From an uncultured Desulfobacteraceae bacterium (GTDB lineage Bacteria; Desulfobacterota; DSM-4660; Desulfatiglandales; B25-G16): 38,658 nt of DNA. Of this stretch, positions 17,087 through 26,905 are shown piece after piece; the first letter of the stretch is position 1; each line of letters starts with the position of its first letter. Both the position numbers and the translations under genes were made by a program. Location of the stretch: the NCBI GenBank assembly GCA_964434795.1, contig CAYSWP010000001.1, positions 1,363 through 40,020 of the forward strand, written 5' to 3'. The notes beneath the pieces are model-generated. The model was not told the DNA's origin, made no database searches, and was given only the letters and a program-made list of their open reading frames with translations.

Positions 17087-19519
17087 TTAATTTCGAAGTG
17101 GTCGACCTGTGCTAAGCATGTGCTGAATCCTGTCTTGAGTCTTTGGATCACCGCACAAACTCAAAAACGCCTCTCTTTCCAGATCCAACAGGTATTGTTC
17201 GCTGACCTTTGTGTATTCAAGAACATTTCCACCACACAGTACATATCCCACCTTTGTGGATACCGTTACATCGTGTTCTGTAATAAACCCTGACTCATGC
17301 ATGCTCCACAGGCCTAATTTAATCATGGCAAAGGTATTTTCACCAGCAACCTTTATATCATCCCTTGGCCGAGATGCCCTATATCCTTCCATATTCATAG
17401 CCAAAACAGTTTTCTTGGCATCTTCTATGAGATAATCCCTATTGACCGTCATAGAATCATTGGACCTAAGATATCCAAGCTCAACTGCCTCAGGGCCGGA
17501 TGTTGACACCTTAGCCATTGCTATAGTCTCAAAAGCCCTTGCCACAAAAGGCATTAACTCAATCTGTTTTGGGTATAGACCTCCTTTTTGCACCTCGAAA
17601 ATGTGATCAGTATTTCGAATAAGCAATTCTTTCGTGCCCCCTCCTGAAGGGAGCAGGCCTACCCCAACTTCCACTAAGCCCATATATGTTTCAGCAGCAT
17701 AACGAACTCGGTCTGAGGCAAGACAAATCTCACAACCTCCGCCTAATGCCATGCCTGCCGGAGCTGCCACTACAGGCTTATCCAAATACTTTAATTTCAT
17801 AAATGAATCCTGAAATGACTTAATCATCCAGTCAAGGTCATCCCACTCCTCTTCCTGGGCAGTAAAAAGAACAAGGGGCAAATTAGCGCCAACTGAAAAA
17901 TTATTTGCATGATTGGCAATAACGAGGCCCTCAAATTCCCTGCTCACAATATCGACAGATTTGTTGACCATGTTAATAATATCATCACCTATGGCATTCA
18001 TCTTAGTATGAAACTCTAAGCATGCCACACCATCACCAATATCAATCAGGCTTGCCCCTTTATTTCCTGCCACCTCCTTGTTGCCTTCCTTAAGTGAGGG
18101 CAGCAGAATAATTCCGGGTTTGACAGGAATCTCTTTGTAGTCCTTCGTATTAGAGTCATAGTAGTAAGTCTTTCCTTTTTCTTTTCTGTAAAATGAATCT
18201 TTCCCTGTATCAAGCATCTCTTGAATCCACTCAGGGATTGCATACCCCTCTTCTTTCATTTTGGCAACAGACTTACTTAGACCAATGGCATCCCATGTTT
18301 CAAATGGACCCATATTCCATGCAAAACCCCACTTCAGAGCATTATCTATACTCACTATATCATCAGCAATTTCCGGCACACGGTTAGCTGAATATATGAG
18401 TGTTTCCGACAACATGAGGAATATAAACTTCCCTGCTACATCCCCTGCATAGTAAAGGGATTTTACTTTTTTGCCTGTCCCTGATATATTCTTGGCTGCC
18501 TCTAATGATGCAAACTTTACTCTCTCCTGCTCGGTATATTTTAAGCTTTTATAATCCAAAGAGAGAATAATTTTTTTTCCTTTGTCACCCTTTTCCTTTT
18601 TATAAAATCCCTGTTTTGTCTTTTCACCCAGGAAATTTTTCTTAACCATCTCATTAACAAACTCCGGAGCCTTAAACACCTCTCTCATCTCGTCTTTTGG
18701 AGCCCCTTCATAAACATTGCTTGCAACATGCATCAGGGTATCAAGCCCGACCAGATCTGCTGTCCTAAAAGATGCGCTTTTGGCTCGACCTATTATTGGA
18801 CCAGTAAGGCTATCCACTGTCTCTATGGATAGACCTAATTCCATCATTGCCCGCATAGAGTAAAGCATGCTAAAGGTTCCAATCCGGTTCGCCACAAAGT
18901 TCGGTGTATCCTTTCCGTATACAATCCCCTTGCCTAAAACCTTCTCGCAGGTTTTAGCCAAGAGCTCAATAACCTCGGGCATTGCATCCGGTCCCGGCAC
19001 TATCTCCAAAAGCTTCATATACCTCGGGGGATTAAAAAAATGTGTTACGGAAAAATGCTTTTTAAAGTTTTCAGATCTTCCTTCGCATAATTCTTTGGCA
19101 GATATGCCAGACGTATTTGATGCAATAATTGTATCTGCCTTCAAAACAGTTTCAATCTTTTCAAATACACTTTTCTTGATGTCCAGCCTCTCCACTACTA
19201 CCTCTATTATCCAGTCAACATCCCCTAATCGTTGAATGTCATCTTCCATGTTTCCAATGGTTATCAGCCCGGCATTTTTCTTCACATAGAATGATGCCGG
19301 TCTTGAATTCAAAGAGCCGTCCAACCCTTTTTGTGCCAGTTTATTTCTAAAGTCCTTACTCTCTCTACTAAGCCCCTTTTTCCTGTCCTCATCATCTAAT
19401 TCCGGGAGAACAATATCAAGAAGTAACGTCTCAATGCCTACATTGGCAAGCTGGGCTGCAATAGTTGCCCCCATTACACCAGCCCCTATAACCGCGCACT
19501 TTTTAATAGACCTCGCCAT
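17087..19519 (-). CDS. Fused 3-hydroxyacyl-CoA dehydrogenase / enoyl-CoA hydratase (FadN-type order, dehydrogenase N-terminal)
   Basis: The N-terminal Rossmann motif is VIGAGVMGATIAAQLA. The C-terminal crotonase-like half contains AAPAGMALGGGCEI. 810 aa. Confidence 0.85.
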   Translation of the reverse strand: MARSIKKCAVIGAGVMGATIAAQLANVGIETLLLDIVLPELDDEDRKKGLSRESKDFRNKLAQKGLDGSLNSRPASFYVKKNAGLITIGNMEDDIQRLGDVDWIIEVVVERLDIKKSVFEKIETVLKADTIIASNTSGISAKELCEGRSENFKKHFSVTHFFNPPRYMKLLEIVPGPDAMPEVIELLAKTCEKVLGKGIVYGKDTPNFVANRIGTFSMLYSMRAMMELGLSIETVDSLTGPIIGRAKSASFRTADLVGLDTLMHVASNVYEGAPKDEMREVFKAPEFVNEMVKKNFLGEKTKQGFYKKEKGDKGKKIILSLDYKSLKYTEQERVKFASLEAAKNISGTGKKVKSLYYAGDVAGKFIFLMLSETLIYSANRVPEIADDIVSIDNALKWGFAWNMGPFETWDAIGLSKSVAKMKEEGYAIPEWIQEMLDTGKDSFYRKEKGKTYYYDSNTKDYKEIPVKPGIILLPSLKEGNKEVAGNKGASLIDIGDGVACLEFHTKMNAIGDDIINMVNKSVDIVSREFEGLVIANHANNFSVGANLPLVLFTAQEEEWDDLDWMIKSFQDSFMKLKYLDKPVVAAPAGMALGGGCEICLASDRVRYAAETYMGLVEVGVGLLPSGGGTKELLIRNTDHIFEVQKGGLYPKQIELMPFVARAFETIAMAKVSTSGPEAVELGYLRSNDSMTVNRDYLIEDAKKTVLAMNMEGYRASRPRDDIKVAGENTFAMIKLGLWSMHESGFITEHDVTVSTKVGYVLCGGNVLEYTKVSEQYLLDLEREAFLSLCGDPKTQDRIQHMLSTGRPLRN

Positions 19520-19603
19520 AAATAAACCTCCCTACTGTTATCCAGTGTCTGTGATTACCTTTATTATTTGTTAAATCAATAAATTACATACTTGCGTCGA
19601 TTT

Positions 19604-19621
19604 AATGAATTGTCATTCATT
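19604..19621. promoter_or_regulatory. Inverted repeat AATGAAT-tgtc-ATTCATT in the divergent beta-oxidation / oxidoreductase intergenic region
   Basis: It has 7-bp perfect arms and a 4-nt spacer, read directly. The position suits an operator for either divergent operon. Confidence 0.3.
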
Positions 19622-19684
19622 TTTTATTAGCACCCCTGAAAAACGAAGTCAACTAAATTCTTTGCACTGCAATATTAAATAGAG

Positions 19685-19712
19685 TTGACAATTACACTAA
19701 GTATGTTAAAAG
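19685..19712 (+). promoter_or_regulatory. Candidate promoter for oxidoreductase set 1
   Basis: TTGACA (19685-19690), 16 nt, then TAAAAG (19707-19712). The ATG at 19723 has no visible Shine-Dalgarno sequence, so a very short or absent leader is possible. This is a weak pattern match. Confidence 0.25.
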
Positions 19713-19722
19713 TAATGCCACA

Positions 19723-19920
19723 ATGACAAAAAAAGAAAAGAAAAAACCAAACATTAAAAGGGAATGGTGCAAGGGATGCGGGATATGTGTAGAATTCTGC
19801 CCGGAAAATGCATTAACTATGGATGATATGGAAAAAGCCACCCTATCGTACCCTGATCAATGCACTGGATGTGGGATGTGTGAACTTCGCTGTCCTGACC
19901 TTGCAATCGAACTTCAATGA
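19723..19920 (+). CDS. 2-oxoacid:ferredoxin oxidoreductase delta subunit (2x[4Fe-4S] ferredoxin)
   Basis: It has two CxxCxxCxxxCP motifs (CKGCGICVEFCP, CTGCGMCELRCP). Confidence 0.85.
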   Translation: MTKKEKKKPNIKREWCKGCGICVEFCPENALTMDDMEKATLSYPDQCTGCGMCELRCPDLAIELQ

Positions 19921-19932
19921 GGTAATTGACCC

Positions 19933-21081
19933 ATGAAAGACAATGTTGTATTTGTCCAGGGCAATGAAGCCTTTGTAGAGGCAGCCCTGTATGCAGGCCT
20001 TGATTTCTTTGCAGGCTATCCCATCACTCCATCTACAGAGATTGCGGAATTGTTAGCTTTAAGGTTGCCAAAAAAAGAGGGGGTATTCATTCAGATGGAG
20101 GACGAAATATCCTCCATGTGCGCAATTATAGGGGCATCTCTGACTGGGAAAAAGGTAATGACAGCAACCAGTGGACCAGGGTTTTCCCTCAAGCAAGAGG
20201 CAATCGGGTTTGCCGTAATGACGGAAACACCCTCCGTCATAATCAATGTCCAGCGGGGAGGCCCTTCAACAGGACTTCCTACAAGCGGCAGCCAGGGGGA
20301 TGTAATGCAGGCAAGATGGGGCACCCATGGAGAGCATGCCATTATTACCATGACTGCATCTAATAATCAGGATGCCTTTGCTATAACGGTTGATGCCTTT
20401 AACCTGTCGGAAACCTTCAGAACTCCGGTAATTCTGCTTTTCGATGAAATTGTTGCCCACACCAGGGAGAGGCTTATAATACCCGAACCAGGGGAGATTA
20501 AGGTTATTGAAAGATTAAAAACTTCCGTCAAGGAGGGGACTGACTATCACCCAAATCTTCCCAGGGAAGACGGCAGACTGCCCATGTCGGATTTTGGAGG
20601 GGTGCACCGCTACAATGTTACCGGTTTAGCTCACGATATGTGGGGATTCCCTACGACTGATTCAACAACAGTATATAATTTAATGCATCACCTTGTAGAT
20701 AAAATACAGGGACACTCAAAGGAAATTACCAGGACAAAGGAATACTATATTGATGATGCAGAATGTTTGTTGATATCCTATGGATCATCGGCCAGGACAG
20801 CATTGCATGTAGTTGAGGACAGGAGATTGCGCGGTGAAAAAATTGGATTACTCGAGCTTCAAACCCTATGGCCCTTTCCTGCTGAAGTAGTTAAAAAGAA
20901 ATCTGTTAATGCAAGGTGCGTCATTGTGGTTGAGATGAATATGGGCCAGATAGTTCATGAGGTAAAAAAGGCCGTTGATGATCCTGAAAAGGTATTTCTG
21001 GCAAACCAGATTAATGGCAGCTTTATTCAACCGACAGATGTTCTGAATATAATAAGAATAATTCAGGGGAAAGGGGCCTGA
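19933..21081 (+). CDS. 2-oxoacid:ferredoxin oxidoreductase alpha subunit
   Basis: The N-terminal motif is GNEAFVEAALYAGLDFFAGYPITPSTEI. 382 aa, in a delta-alpha-beta-gamma operon context. Confidence 0.85.
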   Translation: MKDNVVFVQGNEAFVEAALYAGLDFFAGYPITPSTEIAELLALRLPKKEGVFIQMEDEISSMCAIIGASLTGKKVMTATSGPGFSLKQEAIGFAVMTETPSVIINVQRGGPSTGLPTSGSQGDVMQARWGTHGEHAIITMTASNNQDAFAITVDAFNLSETFRTPVILLFDEIVAHTRERLIIPEPGEIKVIERLKTSVKEGTDYHPNLPREDGRLPMSDFGGVHRYNVTGLAHDMWGFPTTDSTTVYNLMHHLVDKIQGHSKEITRTKEYYIDDAECLLISYGSSARTALHVVEDRRLRGEKIGLLELQTLWPFPAEVVKKKSVNARCVIVVEMNMGQIVHEVKKAVDDPEKVFLANQINGSFIQPTDVLNIIRIIQGKGA

Positions 21082-21083
21082 TA

Positions 21084-21887
21084 ATGGCTGTAAAAGATTA
21101 TATTAGGGAAAAATTTTTTCCACATATATGGTGTCCAGGATGTGGTCATGGAACTATAATGACTTCATTAATAAGGGCAATCGAAAAACTGGAGAAAGAA
21201 AAAAATGACATTGTCATTGTATCAGGTATAGGATGTTCCTCCAGAATCTGTGGGTATCTTGATTTTCATACACTCCACACTATCCATGGAAGGGCGTTAG
21301 CTTTTGCGACAGGGGTTAAGCTCAGCAGACCGGAACTTACAGTAATTGCCCCAATGGGAGATGGTGATGCCTTTGCAATCGGCGGAAATCACCTCATTCA
21401 TGCTGCAAGACGAAATATAGACATAACGGCCATTATTATGAATAACAATATTTATGGTATGACAGGAGGACAGTACTCACCTTCCACCGGTTATGGGGAC
21501 TTCGCAACTACCGCTCCCTATAGCAATATAGACCATCCCTTTGATTTTGTAAAACTTGCCGTAGGAGCCGGGGCTTCGTTTGTAGCCAGGACTACAACCT
21601 ACCACGTAACTTCGATGATAAAAATTATTGAAAAGGCTATAGCTCATCATGGCTTTTCGGTCGTGGAAATTATGTCTCAATGCCCCACATATTACGGCAG
21701 AAAAAACAAATTTGCCAGTGCAGTAGATATGCTCAAATATTATAATGACCATACAACCCCAATAGGAAGCAAAGATAAAGAAAAAAACCCAGAGCTAATC
21801 GAAAGGGGAATTTTTGTCGATAAAGAAATGCCTGAATACTGCGATGAATATGATAAAATTATAAAGATGGCATCCCAAGGAGAATAA
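21084..21887 (+). CDS. 2-oxoacid:ferredoxin oxidoreductase beta subunit (TPP-binding)
   Basis: It has the CPGCGHG cluster ligands and the TPP motif GDGDAFAIGGNH ... NNNIYGMTGGQ. Confidence 0.85.
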   Translation: MAVKDYIREKFFPHIWCPGCGHGTIMTSLIRAIEKLEKEKNDIVIVSGIGCSSRICGYLDFHTLHTIHGRALAFATGVKLSRPELTVIAPMGDGDAFAIGGNHLIHAARRNIDITAIIMNNNIYGMTGGQYSPSTGYGDFATTAPYSNIDHPFDFVKLAVGAGASFVARTTTYHVTSMIKIIEKAIAHHGFSVVEIMSQCPTYYGRKNKFASAVDMLKYYNDHTTPIGSKDKEKNPELIERGIFVDKEMPEYCDEYDKIIKMASQGE

Positions 21888-21890
21888 GAT

Positions 21891-22436
21891 ATGGAAAAGT
21901 GCAGGATTATCTTCTCTGGTTCAGGTGGGCAGGGCATTATTACATCTGCTATTATTCTTGCAGAGGCAGCTACACTCTATGAGGGCCTTAATGCTGTGCA
22001 ATCGCAATCCTACGGCCCAGAGGCCAGGGGAGGCTCCAGCCGCTCCGATGTAATAATTTCAGACAAAGATATACATTACCCAAAGGTAATTGAACCAAAT
22101 ATCCTTGTATGCCTCACTCAGGCTTCATACAATCAATACGCATCTCTTATCAGGCCAGGCGGTATTCTATTAACCGATAAATATTTCGTAAAACAGGAAA
22201 AGAAGGTCGATGCCAGGTTGGTTGAACTGGATATGCATAGAGAGGTGATGAAAAAAATAGGCCGGCCAATTGTATTTAATATTTGCATGCTTGGGGCATT
22301 TATCGCCATTACTAAGTTAGTTGAAGAAACCTCTATCATGAAAGTGCTTGAAAAAAGGATACCTCGCGGCTTTCTCGATATGAACAAAAATGCCCTGGAC
22401 ATTGGTATTGATATGGCTCCGAACATTGACTTATAA
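21891..22436 (+). CDS. 2-oxoacid:ferredoxin oxidoreductase gamma subunit
   Basis: FSGSGGQGIITS ... YGPEARGG is typical of gamma subunits. Confidence 0.8.
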   Translation: MEKCRIIFSGSGGQGIITSAIILAEAATLYEGLNAVQSQSYGPEARGGSSRSDVIISDKDIHYPKVIEPNILVCLTQASYNQYASLIRPGGILLTDKYFVKQEKKVDARLVELDMHREVMKKIGRPIVFNICMLGAFIAITKLVEETSIMKVLEKRIPRGFLDMNKNALDIGIDMAPNIDL

Positions 22437-22511
22437 ACCCATGTCCGTTGCATACTGTCACTGCCTTCAAACTTCCCGTACCAACGAAAGTATAAAATAA
22501 AAAAATTTATC

Positions 22512-23915
22512 ATGAATAATGAACAGATTATAACAAGATTCCCGCCAAGCCCAACCGGAACTCTCCATATCGGAGGGGCAAGAACAGCGCTTTTTAACTG
22601 GCTTTTCGCCCGACACAATAACGGTAAGTTTATCCTTAGAATAGAAGACACTGATAGGGTTAGGTCTACAGAAAAGGATACGGAAGTTATTATTGAATCT
22701 ATGAAATGGCTTGGTCTTGACTGGGATGAAGGCCCGTATTTCCAGTCGCATAGGGCAAAAATTTACGATGAGTATGTCCAGGAGCTTCTTTCCACTGGGA
22801 ATGCATATTATTGCCATTGCAGCAAAGAAGAATTAGATAAAAAAAGGGCTGACGCTAAAGAGAAAGGGCTTAAACCAAAATATGACGGCAAATGCAGAAA
22901 CCTCGGCCTTGGAAATGCGCCAGGCGCTGTTGTAAGGCTTAAAAGTCCTCTTTCAGGTATAACAACATTCAAGGACCTTGTTAAGGGGGTTATCTCTATT
23001 GATAATAATGAATTAGATGACCTTATATTAAAACGTTCCGATGGGTCTGTCACATATAATATGGCCGTAGTTGTAGACGATAGTTCAATGGGAATTAATT
23101 TTGTTATCAGGGGAGATGATCATATAAATAATACCCCAAGACAAATCCTTATTTACAAGGCCTTAGACAAGCCAATTCCACGGTACGCCCACCTCCCTAT
23201 GATCCTTGGCCCTGACAAAAAACCTCTCAGTAAACGGCATGGGGCAACATCCGTTCTTGCCTTCAAAGAGATGGGAATTTTGCCCGAAGTCCTGTTGAAT
23301 TCATTGGCCCGTCTTGGCTGGTCTTATGGTGATCAGGAAAAATTCTCTACCCACGAACTCGTAGAGCTGTTTTCCCTTGATCACGTAGGCAAGGCTTCCG
23401 GAATTTTCAATTTAGAAAAACTTATTGACCTTAATTCAAAATACATCATGGAGATGGATAATGATAAACTTGCAGACTCCATGCTCCCATTCCTTGAGAC
23501 CCTTGGGCACTCAAACCCAAACAGAGAAAAAGTAAAAGGCGCTGCAATAACCTTACAAAAAAGGTCTAAGACCCTCCTTGAAATGGCAAAAGATTCCCTT
23601 TTCTACTTTACTGAAATTACCTATGATAAAGCAGCAGATGAGAAATTTCTCACAACTGACCTGATAGATATTTTGGAAGATTTACTAACTGACCTGCAAG
23701 GCGCAATGGATTTCAGTATAGGAGAACTGGAAAAAATCTTTTTAGAATTCTTAGAAAAGCATCAGATAAAACTCAAAAAAATTGCGCAACCATTAAGGCT
23801 CGCCCTTACAGGGAAAACATTCAGCCCCGGAATATTTGAGATAATGGAGGTACTGGGACAGAAAATGGTTGTAAAAAGACTTTCAGATGCTATTTCCCAT
23901 ATAAAGAATAAATAA
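22512..23915 (+). CDS. gltX: Glutamate--tRNA ligase
   Basis: RFPPSPTGTLHIGGARTALFNW is the HIGH motif and PLSKRHG is KMSKS-like. 467 aa. Confidence 0.95.
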   Translation: MNNEQIITRFPPSPTGTLHIGGARTALFNWLFARHNNGKFILRIEDTDRVRSTEKDTEVIIESMKWLGLDWDEGPYFQSHRAKIYDEYVQELLSTGNAYYCHCSKEELDKKRADAKEKGLKPKYDGKCRNLGLGNAPGAVVRLKSPLSGITTFKDLVKGVISIDNNELDDLILKRSDGSVTYNMAVVVDDSSMGINFVIRGDDHINNTPRQILIYKALDKPIPRYAHLPMILGPDKKPLSKRHGATSVLAFKEMGILPEVLLNSLARLGWSYGDQEKFSTHELVELFSLDHVGKASGIFNLEKLIDLNSKYIMEMDNDKLADSMLPFLETLGHSNPNREKVKGAAITLQKRSKTLLEMAKDSLFYFTEITYDKAADEKFLTTDLIDILEDLLTDLQGAMDFSIGELEKIFLEFLEKHQIKLKKIAQPLRLALTGKTFSPGIFEIMEVLGQKMVVKRLSDAISHIKNK

Positions 23916-23945
23916 ACCCACAACTAAAGAGAGAAAGGTGATAAT

Positions 23946-24722
23946 ATGAATTTTGAAACTATCCTTATAGACAAAAAAGACCATATAGGAATCATCAGCC
24001 TTAACAGGCCTGATCAGCTAAATACATTTAATGTGACTATGGCAAAGGAACTAAACCAGTCCCTCAGTGAAATGGACCAGGATAATGAAATCAGGGTAGT
24101 TATAGTAAAGGGTAACGGTCGAGTCTTTTCAGCAGGGATAGACGTAAGTGTACTGCCTATGAAAAGTATCCTTGAATATAGACCATGGATACAGGGAATG
24201 GAAAAGATGAGCCTTACTATTGCACACATGGTAAAACCGGTTATTGTGGCTGCCCACGGAGTTGCCGCTGCGAATGGAGCTGGTCTTGTGGCTGCCGCAG
24301 ATCTGGCTATTGTTGCGGAAGGCACTCGAATAGGTGCAACGGCTATTAACGTAGGTCTTTTTTGTATGGGGCCGGCCGTACCTATCTCTCGGTCCCTGGG
24401 TAAGAAGCTTAGCCTTGAATTGCTTTTTACCGGTGACTTTTTTGATGCAGAAAGGGCTGAGAGGATTGGTCTGGTTAACAAAGTCGTGCCTCAAGAAAAA
24501 TTGTTAGATGAGGCGAGCGCCTTAGCGGAAAAACTCGCATCCAAGAGCCCAATAGCCCTCCAGATGGGGAAAAAATTCTTCTATACCATGTCTGATATGG
24601 AATTTGAAAAGGCCCTTGAATATTCAAATGAAATGTTTGTCGAGCTATGCACTACTGAGGATGCCTTAGAAGGTGTAAGGTCATTTCAAGAAAAGAGAAA
24701 GCCTGTCTGGAAGATGAGGTAG
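23946..24722 (+). CDS. Enoyl-CoA hydratase/isomerase (crotonase) family protein
   Basis: It has the crotonase fold pattern (FSAGIDV, AAHGVAAANGAGL, and EGVRSFQEKRKP at the C-terminus). Confidence 0.85.
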   Translation: MNFETILIDKKDHIGIISLNRPDQLNTFNVTMAKELNQSLSEMDQDNEIRVVIVKGNGRVFSAGIDVSVLPMKSILEYRPWIQGMEKMSLTIAHMVKPVIVAAHGVAAANGAGLVAAADLAIVAEGTRIGATAINVGLFCMGPAVPISRSLGKKLSLELLFTGDFFDAERAERIGLVNKVVPQEKLLDEASALAEKLASKSPIALQMGKKFFYTMSDMEFEKALEYSNEMFVELCTTEDALEGVRSFQEKRKPVWKMR

Positions 24723-24767
24723 GGTTCACGGAAAAATAATTTCGCAATTTCAGATGTTGAGGCGCCC
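24722..24767. repeat. Solo arm: a truncated second copy of the 9012-9168 element
   Basis: gggttcacggaaaaataatttcgcaatttcagatgttgaggcgccc matches 9012-9057 at 43 of 46 positions by hand alignment. No matching right arm follows. Confidence 0.75.
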
Positions 24768-24799
24768 ATTTTATAAAGTTACATAAGAGTAATAGAATG

Positions 24800-26404
24800 T
24801 TACGACACCAACTCTTCAGCTACCAAATCCATATCTTTTAAGACGTCTTCAAAAAAACTTCCAGGAGACATGGAATTCAACTTTTCTAATAACTCAGGAT
24901 TGTCTCCTCGACTTCCCTGGAGAATCTTTAATGCGTTTACATAAATCTTTTCCGTGGCCTCTCTTGCAAAAAGCCTGGCAACGGCAAGCATGAACTCATC
25001 TGAAACGGTTTTTTCTCTGTCTTTTGAAACAGCCTTGTGACATAGCGCATTGGATACCTCCGCCCATGTCATCATATCTGCCAATAGGAACATAAGATAC
25101 TGGGATTTGGTAACTTTAATATTCCTGGAAATCAAAAGGAGCTCATTCAGAATTCTTAAAGCCTCTGCAGCAATAGGACCTCCGCTTTCTTTTTGGAGCC
25201 TTAAAAGCCCATCTGCCATATCACTGTAATAACCCCCTTTTGTATGCAATGTCTTCCTTAATCTAAAGATAGAAATGATACTTTGTTGAATTTCGCTTGT
25301 CCCCTCAAATATAGTGGTTATCTTCACATCCCTCTTTATCTTTTCTACCTCGTATTCCCTTATATAGCCATATCCCCCAAGGGCTTGTATGCCATCGTTT
25401 GCCATAGCATCACCAACTTCAGTGGCAAAATACTTGGCAATAGATCCCTCAACCTGCAGGTCTTCTTCTCCTGAATCAATCCTATCCGCTACCTCTTCAA
25501 CATAGGCCCTTGCCGCCTCTATCCTAACGGCATTAGACACCAAAAGCTTGTGCGTATAACCCTGTTTTTCCGACAGTGTAGTCCCAAACTGCACCCTCTC
25601 CTTGGCATAAGATATTACCTTTTCCAGTGCCGATGAACCTGCTGCAAGCCCAAAAGTTGCCACCATAAGTCTGGTGTATCCAAACACTTTATTGGCCTGC
25701 TTTAATCCGGTTCCTTCAATACCACCTACAAGGTCTTCTGCTGGTATATATACATCCTCCAAGGTTAAAGGCGCTGTATTTGAGGCCCTAATGCCGTGCT
25801 TGTCTTCATGCTGTCCATAAGATAGCCCCTCTATACCTCTTTCGGCTATAAAAAAGGATGGCCCGTCCGGGGTATCTGCCAGTATAGTATAAAGGTCTGC
25901 CACTCCTCCATTTGTAATAAACTGCTTCTGCCCGTTTAATCTATATCCTTTTACCCCTCCAGCCTCATCAAAGACTCTCTCAGCCTTGGTCTTTAGGGCC
26001 TGAACATTTGACCCTGCCTCCGGCTCAGTAACCCCATAGCCAACTACAAGTCCCTCGTCTGCAATTCTCCTGATATACTTCTCTTTCTGCTCTTCTGTTC
26101 CAGAAACCCTTATTGGATCCATTCCTAAGCAAATTGCAAGAAAGGAAGTAGCAACGGCCATATCTATCTTTGCCATTTCTTCTGAAAGCTTAGCAACCTG
26201 CAAGGCGTTTGCCCCTAAACCACCGTACTCTTCTGAAATGAAAATCAAATGGAGCCCAATATCAGATCCAAGCATAAACCGAATAAGATCTTCTGGAAAA
26301 TCACCCTTCAAATCCATCTCTAATTTGGTCTCGACCTGAAATTTTTCTTTTTCTATTTTCTTGAGGGTATCAAGAACGATTGAAAACATTTCATTATCCA
26401 TCAT
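24800..26404 (-). CDS. Acyl-CoA dehydrogenase family protein
   Basis: ACAD motifs are GVTEPEAGSN and ALGGYGYIREY. 534 aa with a C-terminal helical extension. Confidence 0.85.
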   Translation of the reverse strand: MMDNEMFSIVLDTLKKIEKEKFQVETKLEMDLKGDFPEDLIRFMLGSDIGLHLIFISEEYGGLGANALQVAKLSEEMAKIDMAVATSFLAICLGMDPIRVSGTEEQKEKYIRRIADEGLVVGYGVTEPEAGSNVQALKTKAERVFDEAGGVKGYRLNGQKQFITNGGVADLYTILADTPDGPSFFIAERGIEGLSYGQHEDKHGIRASNTAPLTLEDVYIPAEDLVGGIEGTGLKQANKVFGYTRLMVATFGLAAGSSALEKVISYAKERVQFGTTLSEKQGYTHKLLVSNAVRIEAARAYVEEVADRIDSGEEDLQVEGSIAKYFATEVGDAMANDGIQALGGYGYIREYEVEKIKRDVKITTIFEGTSEIQQSIISIFRLRKTLHTKGGYYSDMADGLLRLQKESGGPIAAEALRILNELLLISRNIKVTKSQYLMFLLADMMTWAEVSNALCHKAVSKDREKTVSDEFMLAVARLFAREATEKIYVNALKILQGSRGDNPELLEKLNSMSPGSFFEDVLKDMDLVAEELVS

Positions 26405-26462
26405 TATCTCTCTATTGATTTCAATTTAGGAGTAAGCATTTGCTGTGATTCAGGAAACGTAT

Positions 26463-26903
26463 TTATAATCTATGCAGTTCTTCCTCTAAAACCCTGATCC
26501 AGTTTTCCTTAAAAAGGGAAAGTGTTTTTTCCTTATCTTTCTGTGGTACGCCAACTATGAGTATAGCAGAACATCCTGACTCTGAGCTTGAAAGACATGG
26601 GTATATATAGTCAATATTGATCCCTTCTTTTCTCAATGGCTTTAAAATAGAATTAAGTCCTCCGGGATGATGGGGTATCTCACAGGCAATAACATCCCCT
26701 ACATTCATTTTATACCCCCTTGCCTTTAACACAAGTATAGCCTTGTCAGGGCTATCTACAATGAGTCTGAAACTCACCTCTTCTCCCTTTGTGTTGGCAT
26801 AAAAGGCAAGGATATTAATTCCATTAGAGCCTAAAAGATCGCTAACCACTGAGAGTTGTCCAGGTTTGTTTTCTAAATTTAAATCAATCTCTTTTAAAGA
26901 CAT
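26463..26903 (-). CDS. ACT-domain (tandem) small-ligand-binding protein
   Basis: It contains two ACT-like beta-alpha-beta-beta-alpha-beta units (ENKPGQLSVVSDLLGSNGINI, HHPGGLNSILKPLRKEGINI). The gamma subunit gene of oxidoreductase set 2 (26906-27451) ends 2 nt upstream of its start. Confidence 0.7.
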   Translation of the reverse strand: MSLKEIDLNLENKPGQLSVVSDLLGSNGINILAFYANTKGEEVSFRLIVDSPDKAILVLKARGYKMNVGDVIACEIPHHPGGLNSILKPLRKEGINIDYIYPCLSSSESGCSAILIVGVPQKDKEKTLSLFKENWIRVLEEELHRL

Positions 26904-26905
26904 CT

